From: Antedon mediterranea
Lineage: Eukaryota; Animalia; Echinodermata
Length of the DNA stretch: 64,000 nucleotides
NCBI RefSeq assembly: GCF_964355755.1
Contig: NC_092676.1
Coordinates: 17,502,871-17,566,870, forward strand
Direction of reading: 5' to 3'
Shown: one piece after another, positions 52,001-64,000 of the stretch
How positions within the stretch are numbered: position 1 is the stretch's first letter
Layout of the letters: each line of letters begins with the position of its first letter
The notes under the pieces: model-generated
Told to the model about the DNA's origin: nothing
The model's input: the letters and a program-made list of their open reading frames with translations, nothing else
Database searches by the model: none
Program-made: the position numbers and the translations under genes

Positions 52001-55000
52001 CAAGTGAGATTACCTGTGTATAGGATCATCAAGAGAAGATGTATTTAGCCATGGAATTGTGCGTGTTCCTTCTATGACATAATTTTTTGAGTTATCACGA
52101 AACCACTCGGAGAAAGAATCGCCTGAGGGATTGTCAGAAATGACTAGCCAACCTCCATAAGGACTGGATACATATTCTGGATTTGTGATCAGACTTTTCT
52201 GCGTTGCTGTGAAATCTGGATGACTTACTCTAAAAAAAATTTCAATACATTTTTCTTCTATTTTAGATCAGTCAATTGTGATTACAGATTAAATAGGCGG
52301 TCTTGTCTAATTAGTTAAGAAAAAATAGATTAATGCACACTTTGGGCATACTTTATGTTAATAACAGTTGCTGTTTTCCCATTAAATTTTAGAGATTGAA
52401 CTTGCATGTGTTAACTTTGCTGCTGAAATATTAAAAACACATTAAGTTGTCGCAAAATAGTAGATATTAGATATTAAATAGATATATAATATATATTCTA
52501 CTTTTAATGCATACTGCCTGCTCATTATTGCAATAATGATATATTTAGTCATGTAGTAAGTTTAGTATAAATAATTACCTAAAGTCATAATATGTAAATG
52601 ATAAGGATATATCATTTACATCAATATCAGTCTGGTTACTGGGTACTGCAGTAGGCTTATTTTCTACTGTTGTTATGTAATATGGTTCACTAGCAGCGCT
52701 TGTATAACCATTGGCTGTTAACTGAATAGTACATGTGTAGTCTGTTCCGTATTTGGTGCCGTATGTTTCATCCATCAGTAGGTATGTGTTGTTAGTATAA
52801 CCGGTAAGTGCTGTAGCGGTATCACTGGTACAAATAACTGTGTAACTCCTGAAAAAGTAATGTGTTGGGGTTTTTTTATGATCACTTTGATCTTTGATAT
52901 AGCTTTGCGCTATGTAATCTCTGATAAAGGTTATACAACTAGAGAGTCAACTACTTGATAGGAGCGGGGTAAAGTTATACCTGCTGCTGGTATATGAGTA
53001 AGTAGTGAGTGCGAATTTAAACTGGTATGTTTGATCTTTTGCGTCGTGTGTTGGAGTTGACTTTCTAGTTTTATACTACCTATATGAATTTTATACATAC
53101 CAAGAACTCGTGTCTATTGTAGTATTCATAGTTGTTTTTGCTGGATTAAGAATATTTGGGTGTGACCAGTTTGCTAGCAGCTCATTTGGATTTGGTGAAG
53201 ACAATTTTACATATTGTGCAGCTGTAAAATACAAGGTTCATTTCAATGTGAATAATTCTAAATTCATCTAGCTTTGTTTAGTGATATGACATGGAATTAT
53301 GTATTTGAAACTACACATTGAATAATACACATATTCTACACCGTGATTCTTTTTGTATACCTTTTGAGTACTACCGTAAATCTTGTAATAGTAACCCACG
53401 TTCTAATAGTAACCCCCTTCTAATAGTACGCCCTAACCCACCTTATAAGTAAATCTATAATAATAACCCACTACTCTAATAGTAACCAATGGGGGTTAAT
53501 ATTATAGTCACAAAAACTATTGACAAAATGATGATGCAGCCGCATTTTGAAAATTAGGAGATGATGCATGTTGATCAAATGACATTATGAAGACTGGTCG
53601 TTTATGATGCAGCCGTATTTTGAAAACAAGGAGATAATGCATGTTGATCTCGGGAGTGGGGAGGATTGAGTGTTATTGAGTTTATAAATTAAAGTTAGAA
53701 TTATTTATTCATACTGTTTTATTATTTTGCTATGATTTGCTGACCAAAAACGTTGGGGTGGGTTACTATCATGTGCCTAATTTAAGATTAATAGTAATAG
53801 TAACCCACTAATCTAATAGTAAACCACCTTCTAATAGTAACCCACCTTCTAATAGTAACCCACTAATCTAATAGTAAACCACCTTCTAATAGTAACCCAC
53901 TAATCTAATAGTAAACCCCCTTCTAATAGTAACCCACTAATCTAATAGTAAACCACCTTCTAATAGTAACCCACTAATCTAATAGTAAACCACCTTCTAA
54001 TAGTAACCCACTAATCTAATAGTAAACCACCTTCTAATAGTAACCCACTAATCTAATAGTAAACCACCTTCTAATAGTAACCCACTAATCTAATAGTAAA
54101 CCACCTTCTAATAGTAACCCACTAATCTAATAGTAAACCACCTTCTAATAGTAAACCACCTTCTAATAGTAAACCACCTTCTAATAGTAACCCACCTTCT
54201 AATAGTAAACCACTAATCTAATAGTAACCCACCTTCTAATAGTAACCCACTAATCTAATAGTAACCCACCTTCTAATAGTAACCCACCTTCTAATAGTAA
54301 CCCACCTTCTAATAGTAACCCACCTTCTAATAGTAACCCACCTTCTAATAGTAACCCACTAATCTAATAGTAACCCACCTTCTAATAGTAACCCACTAAT
54401 CTAATAGTAACCCACCTTCTAATAGTAACCCACCTTCTAATAGTAACCCACCTTCTAATAGTAACCCACCTTCTAATAGTAACCCACCTTCTAATAGTAA
54501 ACCACCTTCTAATAGTAACCCACCTTCTAATAGTAACCCACCTTCTAATAGTAACCCACCTTCTAATAGTAACCCACCTTCTAATAGTAACCCACCTTCT
54601 AATAGTAACCCACCTTCTAATAGTAACCCACCTTCTAATAGTAACCCACCCTAAAAACAATCAAAGAATAATAACAATTAGAAGATTACGGTATTCAGAA
54701 GCTACTTACTACATTGAAATAGACTTGTGTAATTAACATTGGTAAAATAAGTATTTTCGTCTGCCAAACTAGTAACAAAAGTAACACCCTGAAGTGCAGA
54801 TGGTTCCATACACTCGCCTCCAAATATTGACTCATTTACAGCAAGAAATGAGAAGTATGTGTCACACGTACAGCCGATTTGGTTGTTGCTTAAATCACTG
54901 TAAACAAAGAGTTATGGTTTTAAAGATTGTTGATACTTTCGTTTAATTGTTGAGCATTGTATTATATTATGAATTTAGGGCAACAGTATGAGTAAGAGGG

Positions 55001-58000
55001 ATGAACAAAACAAAAAGTGAGCCCCTCAAGATGACAAGTATTGATGGTAATGTTACTAACTACATTAAAAATCTTAATTTGATGTAAGCAACGAAATATG
55101 ATATATATTTGAATAAAATTAAGTTTGTTTTGTAATAATAGCAAACCAAATTGTTGTAATACTAAGACATGAGTAAGAAATTCGTCACTGATTGTTCAAT
55201 CCTATCAGATTGAGATTTATAGTAAGGACCCCGGACAGTAACCCACGCTCAATGAATTGGGCTCACCTTACCCATTCTGTATCAACCACAGAAGATTTTT
55301 TTATATTTTTAAAACTATTTTAATACCTACATATTTGTCAGGTATGTTGTATCAACTCCAGTAAATGCATTTTCACCAAAACTTTTAATAAAATTATCTT
55401 CCAAATTCCTAAAAAAAACAACCAAGTATATTTATTACAAAATCTGACAAATTCATGATTCGCAAGCACATTTGCTAAATAAAGGTAAAATTAACAATGT
55501 AAATTTGTATTTTATTTGTTCCACAGTAGTCAAGTCAAATTCATTAGAGATGAGCTCTCTATAAGAAATTTTAAAATGCCATATAATAATTGTATGAATT
55601 CTACATATTTTATTAATTGTCCTGTATTTACTATAAATAATACATATCTATATATATATATATATATATACACTGTTGTATATTTTTATTAAAAAGCTCA
55701 TAACATTTCAAAATATAATAAAAAATGTAATTGCCTTACAATGTTTGAAGATTTGGTAAAGAGACAGTAGTTGGCCAATGTTCGATTAAGTTGTTACTCA
55801 AATAACTATATATAGAAAAGTAAGGTGTTAACAAAACCTCTAATTTAAAAATCTTTTGTGCTGTGAAGTAGACTCAATTAGGAATAGGCCATTTTTAGAT
55901 GTATAATAATTAGTCCATGGTTATACACCTATCTAGCTATGCTTTGTACTTTCTGCTACTGTAAGCCACTTAAGGTTAACTATGCGTTTAAAATTGTGCA
56001 TGATGTATGTCACAAATTGGATCAAACAATTTGGAGAATTTACACAAAATAATGCGGTGTTACTTACATATACATTAAGTTTGTAAGATTATAAAAGATA
56101 CCCTCTTCAACCTCAGCTATCTTGTTGTTTTGAAGTTTTCTATTTAAAATATATATATAGGCCTATATATTAAAGATAATATATGCACACTAGCAAGGAT
56201 ACTTTTTCTAAGCATTTTGTATACAAAAACAAATTTGGAAAGTTCAGTGATTACTCTGGCTCTATAGAGCACAAGGACCAAAAGTGTTGTTTTTTTTTTT
56301 ATAATCGGAGTAAAACTAAGCCTGAAATATCAAACGTCCTATATGTAATTTTTATAGTAATTATAGAAAAAAAAGTTATGAATCATACAAGGCCTACATT
56401 TTAATATAATGCCTTTTGTTACATGGTATTTTTTTTCTTCTGTGTTCATACATAGAGAGAGAAAAGCAGTGTTTGAAGCATTTTTCATAATTATCCTTGT
56501 ATATATTTCATTGCTCTTACATTGTTTGCAAAGATGTCAATCCATCAAAGGAATGTCTGTCCAACTTAACAAGAGCATTGTTTGATAGGTTACTGTAAAT
56601 AAATGATTATGTATTACATAGTATTTCATAATGAAATTGTAAAAGTTATTACCAGTAGTAGCACTAAAAAACGTAGCTTAAAAAAGAATTTTATCCGGAT
56701 TTACAAAAGCAAAACAAAAATGTGATAACTGAAATAAAGAATAAATGAAAAATCCATCTCTCAGAGTAACTAAATGTCGTATGTGCACTTAAACTATTAA
56801 AATCACAGCAAAATAAGTTATAAGTCAAATGCATTATTTTTAATCAGAAACAGCCAATTGTGAAAGTACTAAAACCTATTAAAACGAATAACTTACAGTG
56901 ATCGAAGACTTGCATGACTTCCAAATGAGCCTTCGGGAATGCTAGCAATGTTATTGCCGGATAAATCTAGTGTGTCTACACTCTGGCTGGAGAGGGCGGT
57001 TGCTGGGAATGCTGTCAATGCATTATTGGAAAAATATCTAAAAATAATAATTATGATAAAACCCGTTTTCAAACAAAATAGTAACGACTTTCACTTCCTT
57101 TGAAACTTATAATTCTTTTCTTTAATTATATTTTGTCTATCTTTTGAACCAATAACATAAAATCTAATTGAAACAATACAGTTGATTGATTGATTGATTG
57201 GCTTATAACCTTTTAGCCACTTTTCATCAGAGTTTTGTGTTGCTGTAGTACTTATCAGTGTTGTTCAATTTTCTATGTATTTTTACTGTTTTATTTTTTA
57301 TATATGATATGCCCGTTTAAAAAAAACCAATGCTTTAAATAAAGATACTATGACTATGACTATATCGAGACAAGATTCAACGTAACTCAGTTCCTAGTAA
57401 CATACAACTGACCACGTATCAACGTATCGCAAAATATTGGCATTTGCGTGCAGTCGAGTTGTGTTGAGTGGAATTGAATAAACAAAAGCACTCATAACTC
57501 GTAACTTCCAGTTGAAAGTTGCAAAATAAACATACCTTAAGATAAAAACTACGACTCTGGTAGTTATACTGCATTACTTATCAATAACAAAACTTACAGA
57601 AAATCGAAAGAAACTCCATCAAATGTGTTGCCAGGTAGAGACGTAATCTCATTATTTTCCATGTGCCTTTAAGGAAAAAAAAAATTATTTATAAGTTATA
57701 ATTTGATTTTCTGGCTTTTTCAATTGTCAAAGTCGTGTTCAATTTTGAGATTTTTTGCCATGTGGGTAAAAAAAACAGAGCTGGCTCTAATATTTCTATA
57801 TTACGGAACATTGATTTTCGTATGGGAAATTAAAAAAAAAATCTGCTGGCCAAGAGGGCATATATAGAATGATTATAACCAATATACATCGCATGAATAA
57901 AAACGCATGGTATTACTTACTGTACTAGAAACAAAATATTCTGCCTCCACTTTCATATAACAATTGATAATAATTTCAAAATGTTTTTAATGAAATAAAC

Positions 58001-61000
58001 TTAATAGTTATTAGTTTGTACATACAATTCATTAACTAAAGATCCACTATCACCAAACATGTTTCCTTTTAATGTTGTGATGCCATTATTTTGAAGATCC
58101 CTATAACAAGTACAAATGACAAAATAAATGCATGAGTTGAAAATATGTATTTAACAATGAACAAATGAAGGAGGATGGTATCTTGAGTATAATCGACATT
58201 TATCATAACAGTATAATTTTTATATATTTTCTTTTTGATTTCAGATATCCATACTTTTTTGGAGAATGAATAAGTTTTCATTCATTTATTATACCCTTTT
58301 TGAAAAAAAATAATATAATATTTCTACTTACAGTTTATCAGTAATGGTAACTTTTGAAAATGCTTCTTCTTCAATTGTATTTATACTGTTCGAATATAAA
58401 TACCTGTTGGTAGTAAAACAATGTTATCAATTGAAATTAGTATGCCTAATGTTTTTTTTCTACCGATGTTGTGCACAACCGTTGTAGACAAATGCTATTA
58501 AATTCATTCCAGCTTTATTTCGAGCAGTACAAATTTCCAAATATAAATTTTCACCAATGCTGATGCAGGTTGGATTGATTTTAAAATGTACAACTTTGTA
58601 TTGCGAACAACGTTAAGTGCACAGTATGTAAATAACAAGGAGCAGTTATTGCATTTGATTTTTTGTTTTAAATTGATAAATTCCACTCATAAACACTATA
58701 TATAAGATAATAGAACACGCGTATATCCGACTTTTAATATTTGGCGTTTACAAATTAACATTTTAATGCAAATTTATATCAAAGCATGCCTATTTTGAAT
58801 CATTTAACGATCCTCAGAATTTCGAAAGTAATGCATTACAATAGGGCCTATTGAGTGTGAGGTATTGTAAAATCATGTGACGCGACACATTGACATGTAT
58901 TTTAAGAAATGTGGTTTGGGAAATGTTGTTTACCAAAACAATAAAACCTATACTTACAAGTTTGTACAAGAGACATCACTAAATGTAAAGCTGTTAAGTG
59001 TTGTTAATTCCAAGCTATACAGATTTCTGAAAACGATTTAAATTCAATTATGTCTAATTTTAAATTATTTTTTATTAAAATATTAACATAATAAAAGATT
59101 ACTCTCCACCTCCACAAAACTCCAAAGGTTTATTAATGATAATTAAATGATGGCAAGTGGTCAATCATGTAGTGAAATACTATACTGCATCACAGTACCA
59201 CTGCATTAATAAGAGGAAAAGTCATCAAGAGCATGGGCACACACTCATCAAATCAGAAGAAATCTAGTTAAAAAAGCTTAATTGTGCAGTGTACCATCAC
59301 AAGTAACATGAATAAAATTGCAATCATACTTACAAAGTATCTACATCTTGTATTGAATTAAAAGCATGCGATTCTAGGTTCTTCAAAGGATTTCCAATCA
59401 AACTTCTATGAACGTAACAATTCAGAAATGTTAATACATAATACAAACCACATTATTTTTTTGGTAATGTAACATTTCTTGATCAATATTGTCTGCTTTT
59501 ATTTTCAACAAAAAAAAAGAAAAATATCGAAGAAGCATAATGTACAAAAGAACAATTAATTACTTTATGAAGTTGGCATTGTATTCACGGTGGTTTCGAA
59601 TATAGTTACTATGGACAGTTTTTTCAACGCGGTTTTATTGTCTTTGCTTATTGCCTTTGTTGTTATGTATTTGCATATGAATGCGAGAGCCGAACGCAAA
59701 GACAGCGATAACTACTAGGCTAATAAATTAACCATTAAACAATTAAAATATAGAATATATTAACAACAAATATCAATATTTGCAAGTAAATATATTAGTT
59801 TTATAGAGTAAATACTTCCAAGTAATACTTCAAATTATGCGATATTAATTCAGTTAATTATATTAGGCCTACATTTATAAGTATTTTTTTAAATTTCTAT
59901 TCGCCTAGTGGAAACAGACTTAATATAAGAGCATACTTACATTGTCGAAACATAAGCAGATGATAAAGTCAAAGAAACTGTATTGAACCCATACGCCTCT
60001 ACAAATGATATTTGATTGTATCCCAAATGGCTAAAAACATCAACATTCGGTTACAAGACATAATAAACTATATCATAAACAAATAAAATTAACAAAAATT
60101 TTCAATTTTAACCAGTAAAATCATATTGATAATAATAAGATTATATATTATATTAGATGATAATAAAAGCAAACAAGAAACTTACAGTGTTCGATATACA
60201 GTTAAGTCTTTAAATGAATTTGAGGGAACATCTGTTATTCGATTATACTGTAAATACCTTTTTTGAAAAAGATCAAATTAGAAAACTTACAACTTTCTAC
60301 CCAAAAAAGATAGTATGTGAAAGTAATTAGAAAACCTCTTACACCTGTTAGTTAATAATGTTGCTTTTATCTATAAATAGTAAGTATATAATTAGACGGG
60401 TAAACCACAGTATGTATCATGTTCCAAAACGTTTGCTGCTTTAACAAAAACATTCAAAAGGAATTTTTATTTTTGCCTTTAAAATATTAAAAAATAAATG
60501 TTCATGCTCAGTTTTAAATATGCAGATACCACATGTGATACATGTGAGATATTGTATAGGTCGCTCTTAGAAGGAAAATACAAAACTGTCTTACAAGTAT
60601 CTCATAGATTTTGAATGAAAGTCTCCACCTTGTGGTATTCGTGAAAGTTCATTGTTTTGCAGATATAAATCAGTAATTGATGATCTGTTGGCGAAGGTTC
60701 CATCCTCTATGTATGCGATTTCATTTGATTGGAAATCAGCTAGGGTAGATAGAGGGCAGTCTTCAAATGATGTGATAAGGAGACGTCCCAGCTTGTTATA
60801 AGCTAAATCTCTAAAAGGTTAAAATAAATTTAATGCAGGAAAAAACCTTCCCACATTGTTGTATAAAACTAATTTCATAAAAGTTTGTTAGTAAATGAGG
60901 CAACCACTATACGAGATTTCCTATGAGTATAACTTGAAACCTCCATGTGTGAACCATTGTAATACATATTCCCAATATATGTATATAGTGTATGCTATAT

Positions 61001-63933
61001 CATGTGTGCTCCATACTGGTATTCCGTAAATGAAAGCTGCAACTGTATGTTGGACACTGCTATTATACCCACCATATACATTTTATTGCATTCAACATGA
61101 ATAATATTGAGAACATTTAGGAAAATATTTCAAAGGATAAAATAACTTCTTTGGCCGCTGAAGTGCACTCTACTTTCAGGTTTCGGTTGAGCAACATTTA
61201 TACTGTACCTACTGCGCTTCACAACAATCAATAATATTAAAGGATACAAAATTAACAAATGACATGGATACACTTGGGTGTATTGAAAAAGAATGTCTTT
61301 AACTCACAGAAATCGAAGACTGGTACATCCATCTAGAGCTGTATCTGGAATCTCATCGATATTGTTACTTCCAAGATCAAGAATTTGTAGATTACTCATG
61401 TTACGAAATGGATTTTCATGTAGAAAGTGAAATTGATTTGATTGTAAATTTCTGCAATGAAAATAAATTTACATATTTAAAATATTTTCTGCTAATTATA
61501 TCTTCCACTGATAATAAATTTTTTTCCAATGTTCTAACATAACCGATCTTGTGTATGACATATCCACAGAATATATATTTTGCATAACATATATTTTTGA
61601 ATCTAAATTATGTACCTTTAAGTTGTTAAACAAGTTGTATCAAAGTATATTAACAGAAGAAACCAATAAATTATAAATTATTTTCAATAAACTCCACATA
61701 TTTATAGAATATTACTTACATTGAAGTCAACTCTAATGGAAATGTACCATCTTCTATTGAGAGTATGACATTTGATTGAAGGGCTATTGTACGCAAGGTG
61801 GATAGACTTGAGAATGTATCGGCCAATAAAAACGCAATCTTGTTATTATTGAGTTCTCTGTGTACATCATGTTTAAAGAAAAATGTAAAAACAAAAATAA
61901 ATAATATAATTCAAAAATTGATTTTATTTTTCAATAAAACTTTGATCTGCGCCAGTGTAATGATAATATTAACACGATGATAAGTATTATATATATATTT
62001 ATGTTGCATTATGCATAAAGGTTAACATTGTTATCTAAATATATTCTTTTGATTTTATAGGCTTTCTTGTTTCTAGTTCATTTGTGTCCTTACCTTCATT
62101 TTAATTTAAAGTTTCTTGGTGTGTGAAAGGATCAGGTACCGTAAGATTGATTTTTAATTATGTAATACCTCTTTTAGTTTTGTATTTTAATGTGTTTTTC
62201 TTTACTGTATATTCATGGATGCAACACAATCTAGATAAAGGACCCCATCAATATCTCCATCTAAAAGTAAGATTTCTTTGGTTCCTGAACCCAACCCTTT
62301 GTGTATGCTTCCTCTAGAAGGTAAACTTATCAAATAAATCATATGACAACATTTTGAAGGAAACAATCCCAGTACAAAACATCAACTAACAATTATAACA
62401 ATTTGCTGATTAAGTAAAGGTAAAGTTTGAAATATTGGGATTTAATGTAATTAACAAAGAAATATGAAATGTCATTGAAGCAGTTCCATTTATTAATAAA
62501 ATGCATGTGCATTATACAATGTTATAAAAGTTAAAATATTTTACAACTACACATTTGAAATATAATGAATACTATCATTTTTAGAAAATAATTACCAAAG
62601 GGTATTAGGTGGTTTAATTCTGAAATTATTCGGTTGTTTAGGCGTATTGTGATTTTTTATATATTAAGTATACATATTCGTTTTATTATAAATCAAAGAG
62701 CTGCATAAGCAGGACATAGAAATAAATCAACATTCTTTTTAATATATATTAAAATTTTGGTATTTTAACTTTAATGTAATTTTTTTTTTGGATTAATACA
62801 TTTTGACTTACACAATGGTTTTAAATACATTAGTAAGAAAATGAGTTGAAAATACATAAATTTCGCATTATTATTATTATTATAAACATTCTAACAAAGG
62901 ACGAAATAAAGTGGATTGAACCTACATCAGGAAAAAATGTATGTTTGAGCAACAGTGACAATTTTACTCAGATTATTCTTAGTAGGAATTACTTACAATG
63001 TATTGATGTGTGGTAAATGACTTCCATTTTTAACAGCATCAGGAACATATTTAAAACGATTATATCCGAGGTATCTGTAAATAAAATAGTGAAATTTAGT
63101 CTTGGGTTCTATTTTTCAATAATTAATAAAAAGAGGCATATACATGAAGGTACTTATCATAAAATGTATTTTTAAATTGTATGTTTGATGTCACTCAGAA
63201 AGTATTAGTACGTAGCACTCTCACATATAGGTACAAATCATTTTAAATAAACGTAAATTAAATTGTTTTTATAGGAACAATGACAATGCTTAGTTCTTTG
63301 TTTTTACATCCTGTATTACTTGTTTGTTTTTATGTCGTCATCGTCGTCATCGTCATCATGCACATTATTCAATGATGTTGGCTATTTAAACCTCACCAAA
63401 GAGATTCAGCTATTGGTACTTTCTCATCAATCCACAACATGGGTTTTGTGGAGAATACACCAGAATACATTCAGTTAACATGACAAAGAAAACATAAAAA
63501 GATCGATAAGTAAAATGTACTCAAAATCACTTACAACATCTGCAGGTTTGATAGACATGAAAATGATTCTGTTTCCATAGTAGTCTCATCAAGTAAATTT
63601 GACTGAAGATCAAGAATTTTGAGGGATTGTAAATTACACATGTCATCCTCGCGTATTCCTTTTATATAATTGTTAGATAAATCTCTGCAACACAAATAGA
63701 ACTGTGATGATGAATATTGTTTACACGTTTAATAATAAGATTATATTAAGAATAGTATTAACATTGAAATACTGGTATTGATAGTTCAGAATACTTACAA
63801 AGATGTGACACTTGACAACATTAGAAAAGGATCATGTAAATTGAACCTGTACTTGTAGTATGTTAGAGCAGATGAAGTGAATGCATCCTCAGCATACAAT
63901 GTTATGTTCCTGATAAAATTGTGATCCAAATAC
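34056..63933 (-). CDS. Mega-thrombospondin-like secreted ECM protein, paralogue B (3' complete, 5' end beyond the window end)
   Basis: 56 GT-AG exons in frame: 63799-63933, 63535-63684, 62997-63074, 61720-61857, 61308-61451, 60595-60810, 60186-60257, 59941-60030, 59334-59405, 58958-59026, 58332-58403, 58026-58100, 57598-57666, 56897-57037, 56521-56592, 56068-56139, 55740-55805, 55331-55408, 54710-54897, 53101-53221, 52579-52848, 52014-52229, 51644-51733, 51230-51402, 50926-51023, 50599-50830, 50140-50283, 49682-49851, 48862-49034, 48485-48702, 48083-48220, 47671-47840, 47402-47558, 47057-47220, 46650-46712, 46309-46411, 45957-46136, 45541-45677, 45035-45175, 44623-44697, 44330-44479, 43953-44057, 43250-43357, 42777-42936, 42355-42538, 41932-42017, 41527-41798, 41110-41346, 40687-40859, 40169-40312, 39880-40065, 35819-35919, 35608-35687, 34868-34945, 34623-34749, 34056-34222 (TGA). 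Length differences from A are all multiples of 3. Confidence 0.9.
35213..35417 (+). mobile_element. Second fragment of the 30432-31215 LINE family, opposite orientation
   Basis: Near reverse complement of about 30495-30695 (CCCAATCAAACAAACAATGAAGGAAACTAACAGG...GTAATGTCGGAAGACGGAAAACGTTA). Confidence 0.85.
36766..38091 (-). mobile_element. Non-autonomous Helitron, copy 2
   Basis: Minus strand starts TCTATATATAAAT and ends with the hairpin CTAGATGGTACGC-GAGCGAAGCGA-GCGTACCATCTAG; next host base is T; no TSD. Confidence 0.85.
38092..39336 (-). mobile_element. Non-autonomous Helitron, copy 1
   Basis: Same 5'-TC and 3'-hairpin-CTAG termini, preceded by host A, colinear with copy 2 but with substitutions and indels (e.g. 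20-bp tandem duplication at about 38717-38760). Confidence 0.85.
40169..43357 (-). CDS. Paralogue B thrombospondin type-3 repeats and TSP C-terminal L-type lectin domain
   Basis: Repeated DNC...N.DQ.D.D.DGVGD.CD. Then [62 protein letters not shown] and [34 protein letters not shown], the hallmark TSP_C sequence. Confidence 0.95.
43557..43690. mobile_element. Short MITE (Harbinger-like), right TIR truncated
   Basis: TTA|AGCTCTGTCTACACTCTCAAACT ... AGTTTGATAGTGTAGA; internal direct repeat TATGGTAGTGATAT x2. Confidence 0.65.
43953..53221 (-). CDS. Paralogue B FN3 - PA14/fibro-slime - cadherin x2 - F5/8 - Cys-rich - EGF block
   Basis: Exon-for-exon homology with A 649-10022. ORF-track peptides [40 protein letters not shown] and SPCFPGAVC. 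Confidence 0.9.
49223..49660. mobile_element. One-ended relative of the TTAA MITE at 19350
   Basis: TTAA|AGATGTATTGTCCC left terminus matches 19350. No right TIR seen; right boundary approximate. Confidence 0.5.
53374..54691. mobile_element. TA-flanked MITE with CCGTA...TACGG ends (Tc1/mariner-pogo type) carrying a satellite array
   Basis: TA|CCGTAAATCTTGTAATAG ... CAATTAGAAGATTACGG|TA. Confidence 0.75.
53795..54650. repeat. Minisatellite of 18-bp units TAATAGTAACCCACCTTC with variants TAATAGTAAACCACCTTC and TAATAGTAACCCACTAATC
   Basis: About 850 bp of directly visible tandem units; produces the spurious (WVTIRR)n ORF. Confidence 0.97.
54710..63933 (-). CDS. Paralogue B LRR region (partial) and LRRCT
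   Basis: 19 exons homologous one-to-one to A exons 20203 down to 10502, e.g. [31 protein letters not shown]. Confidence 0.9.
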
Positions 63934-64000
63934 CTGTTAAACGAATAATAACTTATTTAACTTTCGAGATTATTTCATAGTATTGAATAAAACCCATGTA

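Noticed and set aside
53795-54650. Possible CRISPR array or telomeric repeat (contains TAACCC)
   Set aside because: No unique spacers, the unit is about 18 bp rather than a telomere hexamer, and the context is a eukaryotic intron.
54382-54660. ORF of (WVTIRR)n repeats
   Set aside because: Translation of the 18-bp minisatellite inside an intronic MITE.
555-62317. The many short plus-strand ORFs in the track
   Set aside because: They are antisense shadows of minus-strand exons or AT-rich chance ORFs with no coherent product. No plus-strand gene was found.
67-63933. A single gene with an internal duplication, or a haplotype mis-assembly
   Set aside because: B has its own stop and tail, A has its own signal peptide, and most introns are unalignable, so these are two paralogues.

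Overview
AT-rich animal (invertebrate-type) genomic DNA with GT-AG introns. It holds two tandem, same-orientation paralogues of a giant secreted matrix protein gene on the minus strand, each cut by a window edge. Copy A (29549 down to 67, 55 coding exons, about 2250 aa visible) supplies the signal peptide and N-terminus. Copy B (63933 down to the stop at 34056, 56 exons visible) supplies the C-terminus. By my exon sums the composite is about 2900 aa in 68 exons. Domain order: signal peptide, LRRNT, roughly 35-37 LRRs, LRRCT, FN3-like, PA14/fibro-slime, two atypical cadherin repeats, F5/8 discoidin, Cys-rich GCC2/GCC3-like repeats, EGFs, thrombospondin type-3 repeats, TSP C-terminal L-lectin, LamG-like, then [15 protein letters not shown]. 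This fits the mega-thrombospondin (mega-TSP) family. Introns and the intergenic spacer carry LINE fragments, several MITEs, a MITE-derived 18-bp satellite, and a head-to-tail pair of non-autonomous Helitrons that splits a LINE ORF at an AT dinucleotide. The most notable signals are a furin site just before a KDEL-like tail, a fibro-slime/PA14 domain in an animal matrix protein, a displaced cadherin hairpin, patchy gene conversion with divergence at LRR concave-face positions, and at least 18 TAGGCCTA palindromes that appear to arise as TA>TA-GGCC-TA insertions. All exon boundaries were read by eye and may be off by a few bases.
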